Positions 40,551 to 54,480 are shown, counted from the first letter of the stretch. The stretch is 64,000 nucleotides of DNA from Carcharhinus amblyrhynchos (GCA_965287045.1 OZ336879.1:50406001-50470000); one strand, 5' to 3'. Numbers and translations are program-made. Notes: generated from the letters alone by a model not told the origin.

Positions 40551-41201
40551 TTATTTGCAGCAGAACCTTCCAGGCACAGCAAAAGAGCCTTTTCCATGCT
40601 ATGAGGGGGTGGGGGAGGGAGGGGGGTTAGTTTTATTGAGGTGAGGGATGTACCAATGAGGAGAGTAGTGAGTACAGAGCACTGCAGTCAGAGGAAATGG
40701 ATTTGGAGTGAAGTGTGCAGTGATTGCTCTTTTTCTGGACTGACGAGGGTTGTGAGTGCTGTGGCAGCAGTACCTCAGCACTAAGCAGAGGATGAAGAAA
40801 GAAATGAGTTAGGAGGCTTACAATAGCGACACTTCTAAGTCATTAAATTTGTTTTGGCATTGAAGACATGCCTAGCCAATGGTCCTGACACTAACCCACT
40901 CTATAGCCTGATCATACTCTTACTGGGCAGTCCTGCCTAGACATCTTGCTATCTCTTTCATTACTCTGCTTCGTGCTGAGGTACTGCTGCCACACACTCG
41001 TAACTCTCATCAGACCAGAAAAAGAGCAGTCACTGTACGCTTCACTCCATCTCCACTTCCACTGCAGTGTTCTGTACTCACTACTCTCCTCATTGGTGTA
41101 TCCTTCACCTCAATAAAACTAACCCCCCACCCCGCCCACCACCTCTTCACAAGCATGGAAAAAGCTCTTTTGTTGTGTCTGGAAGGTTCTGCTGCAGATA
41201 A
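40551..41201. repeat. Long inverted repeat / foldback element (arms ~40551-40800 and ~40955-41201, ~150-bp spacer)
   Basis: ttatttgcagcagaaccttccag... versus ...ctggaaggttctgctgcagataa; gtggcagcagtacctcagcac versus gtgctgaggtactgctgccac; arms alignable over their full length. Confidence 0.9.
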
Positions 41202-42756
41202 CTGATGGATCGAGAACATTTCCCTCCTTCTGCCCTGTCCGCCATTGTACAGAAATCTCACTGATGGTTTCGACAGGCACAGCGCACCTTCCCTTCAATT
41301 ACTGCAAGATTCTTTTAAATGGCATCAACGAGATGCAAACTGAGCAGCCCCCCCATCCCCACCCAGTTAGGCAAGCTGACATCAAAAAGCATGGGTAACA
41401 CTGACTATCTATTTCATTTTAATTAATTTGGGGCCTTCTTTGCAGTCACATGATTAGGCATTTATCCACTGTTTGCATAAAACAACCAAATCATCTCTAT
41501 CCCCATGTAGTGAAGGTGCTGTTAGAAACGGGTGAATTGTGATCACAGCGGCTGGAAGGCTAATCAAATCTTGCAGCCAAGATCGACCACAGCAGAATGG
41601 CTGAAAAATCATAATGCAGAGGATTTGCTCCCTTTCGAATTTCACGAGGTTTTCTTGCCTCAAATCTGCAAAGTCTGTATTGAATTGAATAACATTAGTA
41701 TGATGTGACAGAAATAAATAAATCTAGCAAGAAAAATGTATTTCTGGAAAAGGTGTCACCTATAATAATGTGGAAAGTGCATCAAATGTATAAAATATAC
41801 AAGCCCCAATTTTAACCCTTCACACCTCATGGGAATGGGCCACCAGCACTGTGCTGCACATACACCCCATGCCATTTTAACAAGTGGCCTCTGGCATACA
41901 AAGACCCACGGGTAGCTGAAGGTCTCATAAACATTCAAGCACCTGTTTAAAACATTCAGACCCAGACTACCTTTTGACAGCTGTGAGGTTGGTGCTTGGT
42001 GTCAGTCATGTCAGGGGAGGCTAGCACAGAAGAGCAGCTGTCCCAGTTCAAAGGTAACTTTGAAATGTTTCTCCAAGAACCAAGAGGTGCAGAAAGGATG
42101 GGCAGGATGCCACTCAGAACCCTTAAGTTTTCTTTGCTCTGAATTTCTGTGTCCACTTGAGAACTGTTTTTCACCCAGCTTGCCTGGGACTGCTGGTCCC
42201 CAACTGCATTCTCCTGCTGCACTTGCCCAACTTTCACCTGCTGACTTGACGTGGTTAATGCCAACTTTGGATGGGAATTGGATCTACTCAAGGGAGGCCA
42301 GGGTGTTAAGATGACTGAAATTTCGCAGTGAGCGAAGGTGAGCTTGATGCTCACTCTCCTGGCTCCACTTTTGCTCTTTGCATTGAATTAAAATTTGGGC
42401 TATAATGTAAAAGATGAACATTTCGTGGGGAACTCATGCCACAACAAGTTCATCAATGGATCTTGAACCACTTGTCACTGTGAAAAAATGGTTGAAAAAT
42501 GGTGTTATCCTTTCTCACCTTGTAGGTCTTTTCAAAATATATTCAACTAAGAATAAAATTTCCTAACCTAAAATAATTCATTTTGTAAAATTCGGTCTCA
42601 TTTAAATTAAATGTTTCATGGAAAATTAACCGTGATCTGATGATAAACATGCAATCCATAAATAGCAATGTGAAATCTACTATATGGAATAAGACAGGTG
42701 TTTTTTGATACACAGTTAGTTTTAGATTCATCGGGAAAAGTTTGCCACGGAAGATA

Positions 42757-43273
42757 AATCATAGAATCTCTACAGTGCAGAAGGAGATGATGTGGAGATG
42801 CTGGCGTTAGACTGAGGTGGGCACAGTAAGAAGTCTCACATCATCAGGTTGAAGTCCAACAGGTTTATTTGATGGCATGAGTTTTTGGAGCGCTGCTCCT
42901 TCATCAGGTGAGTCATAGCCTGATGAAGGAGCAGCACTCTGAAAGCTCATGACACCAAATAAACCTGTTGGATTTCAACCTCATTTAGTCCATCGAGGCT
43001 GCACTGACGCTCTGACAAAGCATCTTACCGAGGCCCAGTCCCTGTAACCCCATGTATTACCCAATAAGTCCCCTAATCTATATACCTTGGCACACTAGGG
43101 GCACTTGATTGAGCATGGCCAATAATCTACTCTGTAACATCTTTGGACCATGAGAGGAAACTGGAGCACATAGAAGAAACCCATGCTGATACATGCAAAC
43201 TCCACACAGTCATCCAAGGCCAGAATTGTACCCGGTTCCTGGCACTGTGAGTTAGCAGTGCTAACCACTGTGC
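42757..43273 (-). mobile_element. HE1-like V-SINE interrupted by a PLE insertion
   Basis: Tail aatcatagaatctctacagtgcagaaggag resumes as catttagtccatcgag after 42981; head ...gcagtgctaaccactgtgc. Confidence 0.8.
42787..42981. mobile_element. Penelope-like micro-insertion with inverted terminal repeat containing two hammerhead-like cores
   Basis: 42846-42908 and 42919-42981 are reverse complements; CTGATGAAGGAGCAGCACTCTGAAAGCTC at 42920-42948. Confidence 0.85.
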
Positions 43274-44199
43274 ACTGTACATAGAAATTGCAAACTCATA
43301 CATTATGGCCATCAGCATAGCATGGAGTCTCAATGCAAAAGTTTGAAACACAATTCCCAAATCAGTCCATCCATGTGCAATGTATGAGTAGGAGCTTCCC
43401 AACAAAACTTTTGCAAAAGGTCTTCTACATTAAAGTTTTAATTATCCTTTACTTTATAGTGCCTGTTGTTCTATGCAAATTGGTTGTTTGTTAGAATCAG
43501 TGTCCCCTTCGATTCAATGCTGACCCATCTACCTTTGGGTCAGTGTTATGAAACAAAATCCAATGCTCTGCCCATTGGTGCATTCTGGAAATGTCATATA
43601 TGATTGCATACACCAAAGCCTTAACTGAAAAGTAATGGATGAAAAACCAGAGACTGCAGTGAACAATTTGCTGATACATGTTTCTGGCACGCACTAAAAG
43701 CAGATATATATGATAAAGTTACCACATCTGAGTGGTTAGCCATAACTCTAGTAAAAAGCAAAATGAGATCTAGTTCTACTAGAATAGAGACAGATTAATC
43801 AGAAATAACATTTTATTTAAAAAATATAGCATGGACCATATTTCTAAGTATAAAAAAAAGCTGACAAAATATGAATCTGCACTAAATTATATTTTCTATT
43901 AAATTAAGTCTGAAAATTATTTTTTAAAATTACATTTTGTACAGCATTCTGTTTAGCATCAATCTTGTTTAACCTTTGAGGTGAAAATGACCACGTTCAT
44001 TTTCTGGGGTGTTTGGTAGGGTTCCGTTGGTTACTTTAGGGGAATTCAGTAAAACTAATCTGTGTCTGGAAGGTTCTGCTGCAAATAGGATTGGATATCA
44101 CAGATGATAAAGTATTGGACAAATAGTTGACTCAGGATTATCGCTTCTTGTATTTCTCTCTGATCGTTGTTTGCTTTTGAAGGAGACTGCGCCATTTTT

Positions 44200-45160
44200 T
44201 ATTTGGTTCATCCAGCTGCAAGCAAGCTTTCTCCCAGGACTTGAAATTAACATCAAAGCATCAAGTGAATCCTTCAGAGTATTCTTGTAGCACTACCTTT
44301 TGACCACTATGGACATACACCCCAGGCTCAAGTTATCCACAGACTGTTCAGTTTAGTAAGTGAGCGTCAGGTATTCTGGCTACATAATCAGCCAACTCAG
44401 CTGTGAATATCTCAATACAGCGGCATACCAGCTCAGGTGAGCACTTCAATGTCTGATATTTTTTCCTGACATCTGATCTTCAGAAGCTTCTGAAAATAGC
44501 TCAACAAAAGTGGTTGAGCCTCTTGGAATGATGCAATCCAAGTCTGTCATGTGTAAATCAGTCTGGGCAGGACTGTTGCACTATAGACTTTTTGGTTGGC
44601 AGACTTTCTCCTCTTTGTTCTCAGACTGATGTTCGAAGTCTGCTGAAGGCTACAGTCACTTTTGGCAATTCATGCAAGTATCTTGACATCAATACAGACA
44701 TCGGGAGAGAGTGTGCTGCTGAGCTTTATGGATTTATCCACTGCTGGCATATTCTGGTCATGGACTGAAAGCTTTGCCTCGAGTTAGACTTTCCCAGAGC
44801 AGCTGGGTACATTACTTCAGTTTTCCTGTGCTGAATGTAAGGCCACAGTTGTCGCATGTATTGAAGAACAAGTCCATGCTATGTTGTATGTCCAGCACTG
44901 AACCAGCAACTCAGATATAGTCATCGAGAAACAGGAAATCACAGAGACCTTGGTCTTTGCCTGGAGCCATCTCAGATTGAGAGTTGCCATCCATGAGGTA
45001 TCTGATTTCAGTACCAGGTTTATCATCATGGAATATATTGGAGTGTACGGCAGAGAAGAGAGTTGGTGCTAGCATGCTGTGTTTCACAGTGGCAGAGGTG
45101 GCACAGCATTGGCTGGCAGCGGAATGTACTAGTCTTGCCATTGTCAAGAGGGTTTCATAT
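44200..45160 (-). mobile_element. Degraded RTE-clade LINE (RT region)
   Basis: Minus-strand peptides MLAPTLFS...GTEIRYLMDGN and LNLRWLQAKTKV...ISELL resemble RTE motifs G.VLAPTLF...G..IRYR.DG.LFNL.RL.AKTKV. Confidence 0.65.
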
Positions 45161-47473
45161 TAAACACACCCCTCTCCATGTGAATCCCGTGATGGGGGTG
45201 TGCTGTTGGCAGGGAAACCCGGAAAGTTCCAGATAAAGACTTTGACAATATAACTGCAACATTCATAAACATTGAACAATGTTAGTGATTAGACAATTTG
45301 TTCAAAGGTTAGTGAGGTGAAATAGACTCAACGACTTGTTAATTTTGATTTAATTGATAGCTCTGAAGGGGATTTGTCAAACAATAAGACTGGGAATCTT
45401 GTTGATATTAATAAATCTGTTTGATTCACCCACAGATTAGAAAGTATTAGAGGTCGTGATCTGAAATTGTTCATAATTTAATTAACTTTTCTCTCACCAA
45501 ACTTTCTTACATTTCTACATTCACATTTATGAGACTTCAATTATACATACAATTCTAATATCGGAAATCCATCTTGTAAAATAAGAAGCATTTTTAAATA
45601 TATTAGATCCTATTGATAGTTGTTTGATAGCTGTTGTAGAGAATTTATTTCTCTCCCTCAGAACAGACTGGTCGGAAATTGGGGGTAGTGGGGGTTACAT
45701 TGTATGACAGGTTAGGAAAGTGCAGGGTACTAAGCTACATCAGTTTCCTGACCTCACTCAGTCAAGAACACCCTTTGACTTTGGAGATCAACTGAGGTCC
45801 TTAAGTGGTCACTGAAAGGCTTCATCATTCTGCCATTGGTATTCAATCAGAGGTGGGCAGAGCATGTTGACAAACAACCAGGTGAACTCTTGCAGGCTTG
45901 CTTGTGCCGTGGCTGGGGACATTCCCTCATTTTCAGGAATACTGTATCTGTCAGAGGTACCCACTGGGAACCAGGAAGAGATTCTGGGGAAGGCATCTTC
46001 CTGCCCTTGACAATGACCTCTCCCCAACCCCAGGCCCCAATCAGAGAGGTCCCAACAATCCCATCCTAATCACCTATATTCTGGGGCTTCAGCAATGATC
46101 TTCAACCTTTGGGCCTGGAGGTGGGACAGTAGTGGTAATGGCAAAACACATGGCAGTGGTGAGCAGGTAGTTAAGGAGGTTATTGATTTTGTCAGTGTGT
46201 ATTTCACCAATGCAATTTTAATACAGGTACACAGGACCCCTGCTCTGAATGCAACTCACCTACCCACAGGGTCTAAAAGTGGAATGGCAAGTCAGAGTGC
46301 AACAAGAAATTAAATATGAGGTTTTAGCTTTTAAAAGCCAAACAGGCTATCCTAAGACAGTCTGCAAAGACTTGCAATTTATTCCCCCTTTCTCCTGCAG
46401 ATAAATCCTATGGATAGCAGTAGATGGGTCAAATTGGCCCCCTGTTCCATCATAAAGGTCATACTTCCAGCCTGTAGCACCCTCCTGCTCCATTCAGATC
46501 AGCAGCTCCCAAGCTTCAAGTGGAGCTACTGGTCACCCTTCAATTTGGGCACTTTGATTGGCCTTGCTGCCTCTGTAGCCTACCCATGACCCCTAATTGG
46601 ATGGTAAATGTGGAGGCAGCTTATTAATCAACCACTTTATGTAAAATTCAGCCAATAGATGCACTATTGAAATTCATGAGGTCAGGACCAGAATACTTGA
46701 GGAAAAAAAATCAGCCCAGCGTCACTGTGTAGCTTTCTTTTATTCCTGCTAACAGATTGTCATGTGTAAAATAAAATTATCTGGATATGGTATTTTAACT
46801 TGGCACAGTTACACCTAAGGAGAAAAGCAAAGTTAACCCTTAAAGTGAAAAAGCTACCAGGATTAAGTTATGAATTCACACTGGAAAATCCCACACAGCT
46901 GAGTGGTCTTGGTATCTGAGTTTCTGATATACATTCCGGCAAAAATAAGTTGCTTGCCTATAGTGTAACATCTATCCTTGTGGCTTTTAATTCAATTTTT
47001 TTTTGTTAATGCCACATAACATCCCTAATTAAGTAAGCCAAGGTTCTCAAATGTGTATTGATTTATGTATATTGAAATCAAATACTGGGTCACAAAATTC
47101 TTTCTCAAAATGTGTTATAAATTTCTATGCTACCAGAAATGTATTTCAAAAGTGCCAATATCTACCTATGATACTAGTTGCATCTATGGGTGGAGCAGGG
47201 ATACGCATTTCCATTATATTGATCCTTCCATTTATCGTGGACACTTTGATGTGAATGTGATTTGCCTGTTGTAAGTGGCAGGAGGTAAAACTAAACAACC
47301 AGTATATTTTTTAAAAAGCAGGAAAGTTCCATTGAGCAAATGCCATCTGTACATCCACATGGCACATCCAAATCTCACCACAAATTGCACTTTAACAGCG
47401 AGAAAATAGTGTTTGGGAACTTGACCTTGGTTAAAATCAACTCAGCTCTCTTAATTAGGAGGTACAATGTCAG

Positions 47474-47782
47474 GGGTGGCATGTGGCACAGTGGTTAGCA
47501 CTGCTGTCTCACAGTGTCATGGACCTGTGTTTGATTCCTGGCTTCGATCACTTTCTCTGTTGAATTTGCACGTTACCCCCATGTCTGTGTGGGTTTTCTC
47601 CAGATACTCCAGTTTCCTCCCACAGTCCAAAAGACGCGCTGATTAGGTGTATTTGGCCATGCTAAATTTTCCCTCAGTGTACCTAAACAGGCACCAGAGT
47701 GTGGTAACTAGGGGATTTTCACAGTAACTTCACAGCAGTGTTAATGTAAGCCTACTTGCAACTAATAAATAAACTTTACTTT
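47474..47782 (+). mobile_element. V-SINE with an alternative 3' tail
   Basis: tggcacagtggttagcactgctg head and tttcctcccacagtccaaa core as in HE1, but tail actaggggattttcacagtaactt...aataaataaacttt. Confidence 0.8.
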
Positions 47783-48099
47783 AAGAGATTAACAGGTGTA
47801 AACAACTGACTGAATCTGCTGGAAGATCCAACTTTGGCTAAAAACAGCAGAGTTTTAATTGGGAAAATATAGGGTAAGGAATGATTGAACAGCCCAAAAT
47901 AGTCACTATGCTTTACATTATAAGCAACGATCTTTATAGTTGACTCCTAAGATAATGGCAAATGGTCAGCACCAGTTTCCCAATATAGGCAGCTGCCTAT
48001 ACTAAACATGGATAGTTTAAATAATTGGGTCTTTTATTTTGTCTCTGATTTTCTTCTGAATAAACATTAGCTGACAAGAAGATGCTGTGGGAACATGAA

Positions 48100-48453
48100 T
48101 GGTGATGAGGATGTTAAGAAGCTTCACTGTGATTTAGGCAAGCTGAATGAGTGGGAAAATACATAGCAGATGCAATACAATGTGGATAAATGTGAAGTTA
48201 TCCACTTCAGATGGAGCCTGCTTCAGAGTGTTATTTAAATGTGATAGATTGAGTGATGGTGATGTACAGAGCGACCTAGGTGTCCTTGTACACCAGTCAC
48301 TGAAAGCAAGCATGCAGGTGAAGCAAGCAGTTAGGAAGTCAACTTGTATGTTGACCTTTATTGCAAGAAGATTTGAGCATAGAAGCAAGGGTGACTTATT
48401 GCAGTTGTACAGGGCGATGGTGAGACCACACCTGGAGTATCGTGTGCAGTTTT
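48100..48453 (+). mobile_element. CR1 ORF2 fragment
   Basis: VQSDLGVLVHQSLKASMQVKQAVRK...ML.FIAR.FE.RSK..LLQLYRAMVRPHLEY.VQF. Confidence 0.85.
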
Positions 48454-49234
48454 GTAGAATGGCACTGTTGCAAAATTATTCTCACCAGCTGCCATCATTC
48501 ATCATTACAACTCTTCTGCCTAGAGTTTGGGTTAAATTGTTAGACATGAGGAACCTATAAAACAGAGAGGATAATTTTATGTTCTGTCTGCATACATTCA
48601 TACTGAAAATTTGTGAATTGTATTAAATAAAATCTTCCAATGTGTTCCCTATGAAATGAGTTAGACACCAAAAATAATATGTTTCAAAGCACAATTTCTA
48701 TTTCCAACCTGTTTAAATATATGGCCATATCAATAATAGTTCTAAGACTGTACCAATAAATAATGTTTAATTGCCTCTGGAAGTCAGAAAAATAAACCAT
48801 TCTGTATTCAATATTCCTTCACTTCTTTCCAGATGCCAATCTGATTCCAAGTACCCCAGCTTTTCTGCTTTGCTGCAGTTTAATGTTTTTCCAAACCTGT
48901 TCCTCATTCCCTTGCCTTGTGGTCAGGCATCATTTTGAAACACATTTGTCCCCAGCTTGAGCTTCTAGATAGATAGTTTTCTCAGAGTTTTGGAGCATTC
49001 CCTCAGTCCATCATTGCTCTGTTTCAGTGTAAAAGTAGTCGATGATGACCTTGAGTCGATGATGAACTGACCTGTTAAAGTTATTAACCAGGAGTGACAA
49101 AGCCAGATTGCTGATACATTCAGGATTTTCCGGAAGATTAATCTGATCCTACAGTCACACAGAATAGCAATGGCCAAGGTGAGGTAGCTTAAACAGCTCA
49201 AACTTAGTCCCACAGTATTTGCCTCTAAGTTAGA

Positions 49235-50075
49235 AATGGAATGACTGATTATCTTTACCTTTATAAAGCTGTGGTTAGACTCTATCTGGAGAACCGAGTC
49301 CAGTTCTGGACATTACACTTTAAAAAGAATGTGAGGGTCCTTGAGAAGATTCAGAGATGTGAAATTTTAACTACAAGATGAGGTAGGGTAAGTGGAGCAA
49401 GCAGCACAGTGGCACAGCGGTTAGCACTGCTGCCTTACAGAGCTGGGGACCTGGGTTCAATTCTGGCCTTGGGTGACTCAAATGGAGTTTGCACGTTTTC
49501 CCCATGTCTGCATGGGTTTCCTCCTGATGCTCTGATTTCCTCCCAGTGTCCAAAGATGTGCAGCTTAGGTGGGCTGGCCTTGCTAAATTGCCTCTTAGTG
49601 TCCAAGAATGTACAGGTGAGGTGGATTAGCCATGGTAAATGCACTGCAATGCGGGGATAATGTAGGGGGAGTGCCCTCATCACATTTCCGGGAGTGCATT
49701 TCTGACCCGAACCACTTGTGATGCTATAAAAAAATTATGATATGTTTGGGTAAGATAGACCAGATAGTTTTTCCGACTAGCTGCTGGTACAAGGTCGAAG
49801 GAAGATGAATTTAAGCTTTTGGGCAAGAACAGGGATATATAAGGAAAACCATTTATACACAGTGAGGTGGTAGTGATCTGGAACTTGCTGCCATGAGGGT
49901 ATAGAAGTGGAGATGATCAGTGATTAGATTAAGCACTTGAAAGAAATAAAGTTGCAGGGCAATGGGATGGAACAGGGGAATGACACTGACTGGATTTCAC
50001 CAGGAGGAGCTGGCAAAGACTCAATAAGCTGCTCCTTCTCTTCTGTAAATAACTTTATAACTTGATGACTCTTCA
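49235..50075 (+). mobile_element. Degraded CR1 3' portion split by a V-SINE
   Basis: ctttataaagctgtggttagac...tccagttctgg before the SINE; gtgatctggaacttgctgcc...gattagattaagcacttgaa...taactttata after it. Confidence 0.6.
49400..49670 (+). mobile_element. HE1-like V-SINE
   Basis: gcagcacagtggcacagcggttagcactgctgcct...gggttcaattc...atgggtttcctcc...tccaaagatgtgca. Confidence 0.85.
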
Positions 50076-51807
50076 GCTCTGCCATCTTCCCCTGAGGTAG
50101 CAGTTCCTCCAAAGATGTAAAAATACCCAGGCTTCACTCAGCAGCTTCTCAAAGGGATGAGCTGGGGTTAGCTGGGAGAGAGCCAAGACCACTTGTTCCC
50201 TTCTGCACTCTCGCAGCGAAAGACTTTAGATTCAAGTTGTGGCAGTCAGTATCCGAAATGTAGAGCAAAACAAAAGGAATGAAAGCTCCTGCCAAAAGGA
50301 AGGAAGGGAGGAAACAAATAATTAAATACTCAGCATTATCAAACCTGCTACTGCTTAGGACAAGCTCAAGATTGGTTAAATAATTCAGCAGGCCCTCAGG
50401 TAACTCACGTGTTAATTTTCACAGAATGCTCATTAGGCATTTTTAAAAAATATTTATCAATATTTCCTGCCACAGGAGCCCTATAGTATTCTTTCCACCT
50501 GTGAATGTATCATGCTAGGTTAGTAAATGAATTAATTAAACAAGTTGAACATGTTCCAAGATCCAAATACATCCATATTTTATATGTCAGGTAATCATAG
50601 GGTGTAAAAGGAATCCTCTATTCAAAAGCCATTTGACAGAACCCCTCTGATTAATAGGATGTATTGGATTTCTAACAATTGTGACCTTGAATTAATATTG
50701 CCAGACTTATCACTGAGTACTACCATTAGACATGCAAGTGAGCCCATTACATGAAAGAGAAAAAAAGGTCCTTTGTGCCCATTTGCAGACCTTGGGTCTG
50801 GTTTGAATCAGTGTGTAATAGACATAAGCCGGTGCATCTCATTAAGACTGGCGAAGCATAGATAAACTGTACTCCGTGATTCCAATAGTGGAATGCCAAT
50901 AAGTACACCAATTCTCCTAGTTACAAAGCAAACCCGGTCACGATGGTTTAACCTTGACAGAGCAAAGGGACACAACTATGTCAGTCGCCAGCACTTGTTT
51001 ACTCCTGAGATCCTTTTATTTATTAGGTTGACATAGTCTACATTTAGAAATAAAGACACAAATATGAGAGTATTGATCTTTTGAGAAATGAGAAAATATT
51101 CCTCTTCAGCTGTCATTGTAGGCAGATTTTTATTTTTCATAACATGCTGGTCAAAGATGGATTTCTATAAAATTTCAATGATAATGGATTCTGACACAAA
51201 ATAAAACATTCCTTGGAGGTTGGAAGATGTTTGAAAAATATTTTTTTATTTTGCTTGGAGACGTGTTGCTCACTGGCTCAGTGCGGATTATTCCAGCATC
51301 AACCACAGGGCTACCAGGAATACTGTTCCAATATAAAACTAAACAACAATTTTTAAAATGGTCTCCCTGTTTCCTCTAGCACAATCAGGTGAGACAATAA
51401 ATAGAACTGCCAGTTTAAAATTGAGATTGAATTTCTGGTAGAGAAATGATCCCACATTAATTTGTATGGAATTATCAACCTGACCATATTCATTTCAATG
51501 TTATATTGAAGGAACTTGCCAGTGTTTACCAGTATACCTGGATGGGAGAGTGTCCTCCTTTATCTTTTGCTTTTGTTGGAGTGTTCTACATGACATCAGT
51601 GACTAAATGACAAAAGTATTGAATTGGCTGTAGAATACTTTGCCATGTCCTGACATTATGAGCAGTATTTGATAAAATGAAGTTCCTTCTTTCTTAATTA
51701 ATATTTAAATGTTTCAAAGAGCCTACTTAACTTCAAAGTGTAATCCTGACTTCATGAATGTAAATGTTGTAGTTTCTCAGATTAAACATTTTTATACATT
51801 CAATACT

Positions 51808-51901
51808 CTGTTTTAGGTTCAGTAAGAAGTCTCACAACATCAGGTTAAAGTATTGTGCCCACCCCAATCCTGGCATCTCCACATCATGGCTGCTTTAGGC
51901 T
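51808..51901. mobile_element. Penelope-like terminal micro-insertion
   Basis: cagtaagaagtctcacaacatcaggttaaagt joined to inverted ...ggcatctccacatcat; imperfect direct flanks ctgttttaggtt / ctgctttaggct. Confidence 0.65.
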
Positions 51902-52931
51902 GCCATCCCAAATTACTTGTCTTGTCCTCTCCAACTGAAGATTTGAATCTTCCCTTGCCTGCAACTTCAGAAATCCTAGATTTTGGAATATTTATTTTAG
52001 AAATAAAGCTTTTATTTTTGTTTAACAAAAACTATGGAGGAGTAGAACTGGTTTCATCAAAGTTAGCTTCTTCACCAACTTCCCAGTGTCAACCTATCAT
52101 ATCATTGATGGAAATGTGTGTGTATGACTGTTCTGGGTGGAGGAGTAAGTGGATCAAAAATGTTTACACAAAAAGTTGTATTTACATGATTCTGTGCAAG
52201 CATTTTTGAATTAATGCCAATGAATTAATTATGGGTGAATTATGTTCCCAATTAATTGCCACAGATTTGGTGGCCATGATGGGCAGCTGGACAGGAATTA
52301 GAGTTGGTCAGTTGATCAGTCTGAATTGACAGGTTAATCAGAGGCTCAGGAGAGGTAATATGCCGTGAAGGCATAACTACAGATCAAGCTGGCGGAGTCC
52401 TCCATCCTTATCAGTCAGAGTCCTTTACCTAATGTGTAACCTGGAATAAAGGAAACAATGCAAAATGAAGAATATATAAGGAATGTGTCTGTTTCTAGCA
52501 ATCAACACAAAATCTGAAGAACATCGGGTTGAAAAATCATTGTCACGCAGAAAATGTTTTCATTCAGCTGAAACAAGCCCCACACTTCTCTGTGATGTAT
52601 ACAATATCTTTCACACAGACAGCCACTCATTAATGAAATTTAAAACTATTAGTTCTGCTTGTTTGAAGTGGTAATCCCAGGGAGAATAGCACTTTGAATT
52701 AAATAATGATTCCTGTTATCAGGGTTCATTGTTTTAAGAAGCTCAAAATGAAAATAAAGGATGTAGGGCCAATAATTCAAATTGGGAATCTAACAAATGC
52801 GAAAAGTGGGAAAGAAAATTAAGACTGGCAATGTATTTGCTTAGACCTAATTTCATCACACAATGAGGAATTGCACTTGGGGTGAAACTGGTCAAAGTCA
52901 GTAAAGTGCAAATTGAGTGAAAGCAAATTGG

Positions 52932-54480
52932 CAGTGGTACTGCGTTCACTGTTGTACACTGCAGCTGATACTGCACTCACTGTTAGACACTGCAGCTGAT
53001 ACTGCACTCACTGTTAGACGCTGCAGCTGATACTGCACTCACTGTTATACACTGCAGCTGATACTGCACTCACTGTTATACACTGCACCTGATACTGCAC
53101 TCACTGTTATACACTGCAGCTGATACTGCACTCACTGTTATACACTGCAGCTGATACTGCACTCACTGTTACACACTGCAGCTGATACTGCACTCACTGT
53201 TATACACTGCACCTGATACTGCACTCACTGTTATACACTGCACCTGATACTGCACTCACTGTTATACACTGCAGCTGATATTGCACTCACTCACTGTTAT
53301 ACACTGCAGCTGATATTGCACTCACTGTTACACACTGCAGCAGATGCTGCACTCATTGTTACACGTTGCAACTGATGCTGAACTCACTGTTGCACACTGC
53401 AGCTGATACTGCACTCATTGTTATACACTGCAGCTGATACTGCACTCAATGTTACACACTGCAGCTGATACCGCACTCACTGTTATACACTGCACCTGAT
53501 ATTGCACTCACTGTTATACACTGCAACTGATGCTGAACACACTGTTATACAGTGCAGCTGATACTGCACTCACTGTTATACACTGCAGCTGATACTGCAC
53601 TCAGTGTTACTCACTGCTGCTGATACTGCACTCACTGTGAAACACTGCAGCTGATACTGCACTCACTGTTATACACTGCAGCTGATGCTGAACTCACTGT
53701 TATACAGTGCAGCTGATACTGCACTCACTGTTATACACTGCAGCTGATACTGCACTCAATGTTACACACTGCTGCTGATACTGCACTCACTGTGAAACAC
53801 TGCAGCTGATACTGCACTCACTATTATACACTGCAGCTGATACTGCACTCACTGTTAAGCACTGCAGCTGATACTGCACCCACTATTATACACTGCAGCT
53901 GATACTGCGTTCACTGTTATACACTGCAGCTGGTACTGCACTCACTTACACACTGCAGCTGATACTGCACTTATTGTTATATACTGCAGCTGATGCTGCA
54001 TTCACTGTTATACATTGCAGCTGATACTGTGTTCACTGCTACAAACTGCAGGTGATATTGTGTTCACTGTTGTACATTGCAGCTGATGCTGCACTCACTG
54101 CTATACACTGCAGCTGATATTGCAGTTACTGTTAACACACTTCAGCTGATACCTCATTCACTGTTATACACTGCAGCTGGTACTGCACTCACTGTTATAC
54201 ACTGCAGCTGATACTGCATTCACTGTTATACACTGCAGCTGATACTGCACTCACTATTGCTCACTGCAGCTGATACTGCGTTCACTGTTACACACTGCAG
54301 CTGATACTGCGTTCACTGTTATACACTGCAGCTGATACTGTGTTCACTGTTACAAACTGCAGCTGATATTGCGTTCACTGTTGTACATTGCAGCTGATAC
54401 TGCACTCACTGTTATAGACTGCAGCTGATATTGCACTCACTGTTATACACTGCAGCTGACACTGCACTCACTGTTATACA
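52932..54480. repeat. 31-bp satellite, left arm (~50 copies), consensus TCACTGTTATACACTGCAGCTGATACTGCAC
   Basis: Period 31 measured (TCACTGTTAT at 53101 and 53132). Confidence 0.97.
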
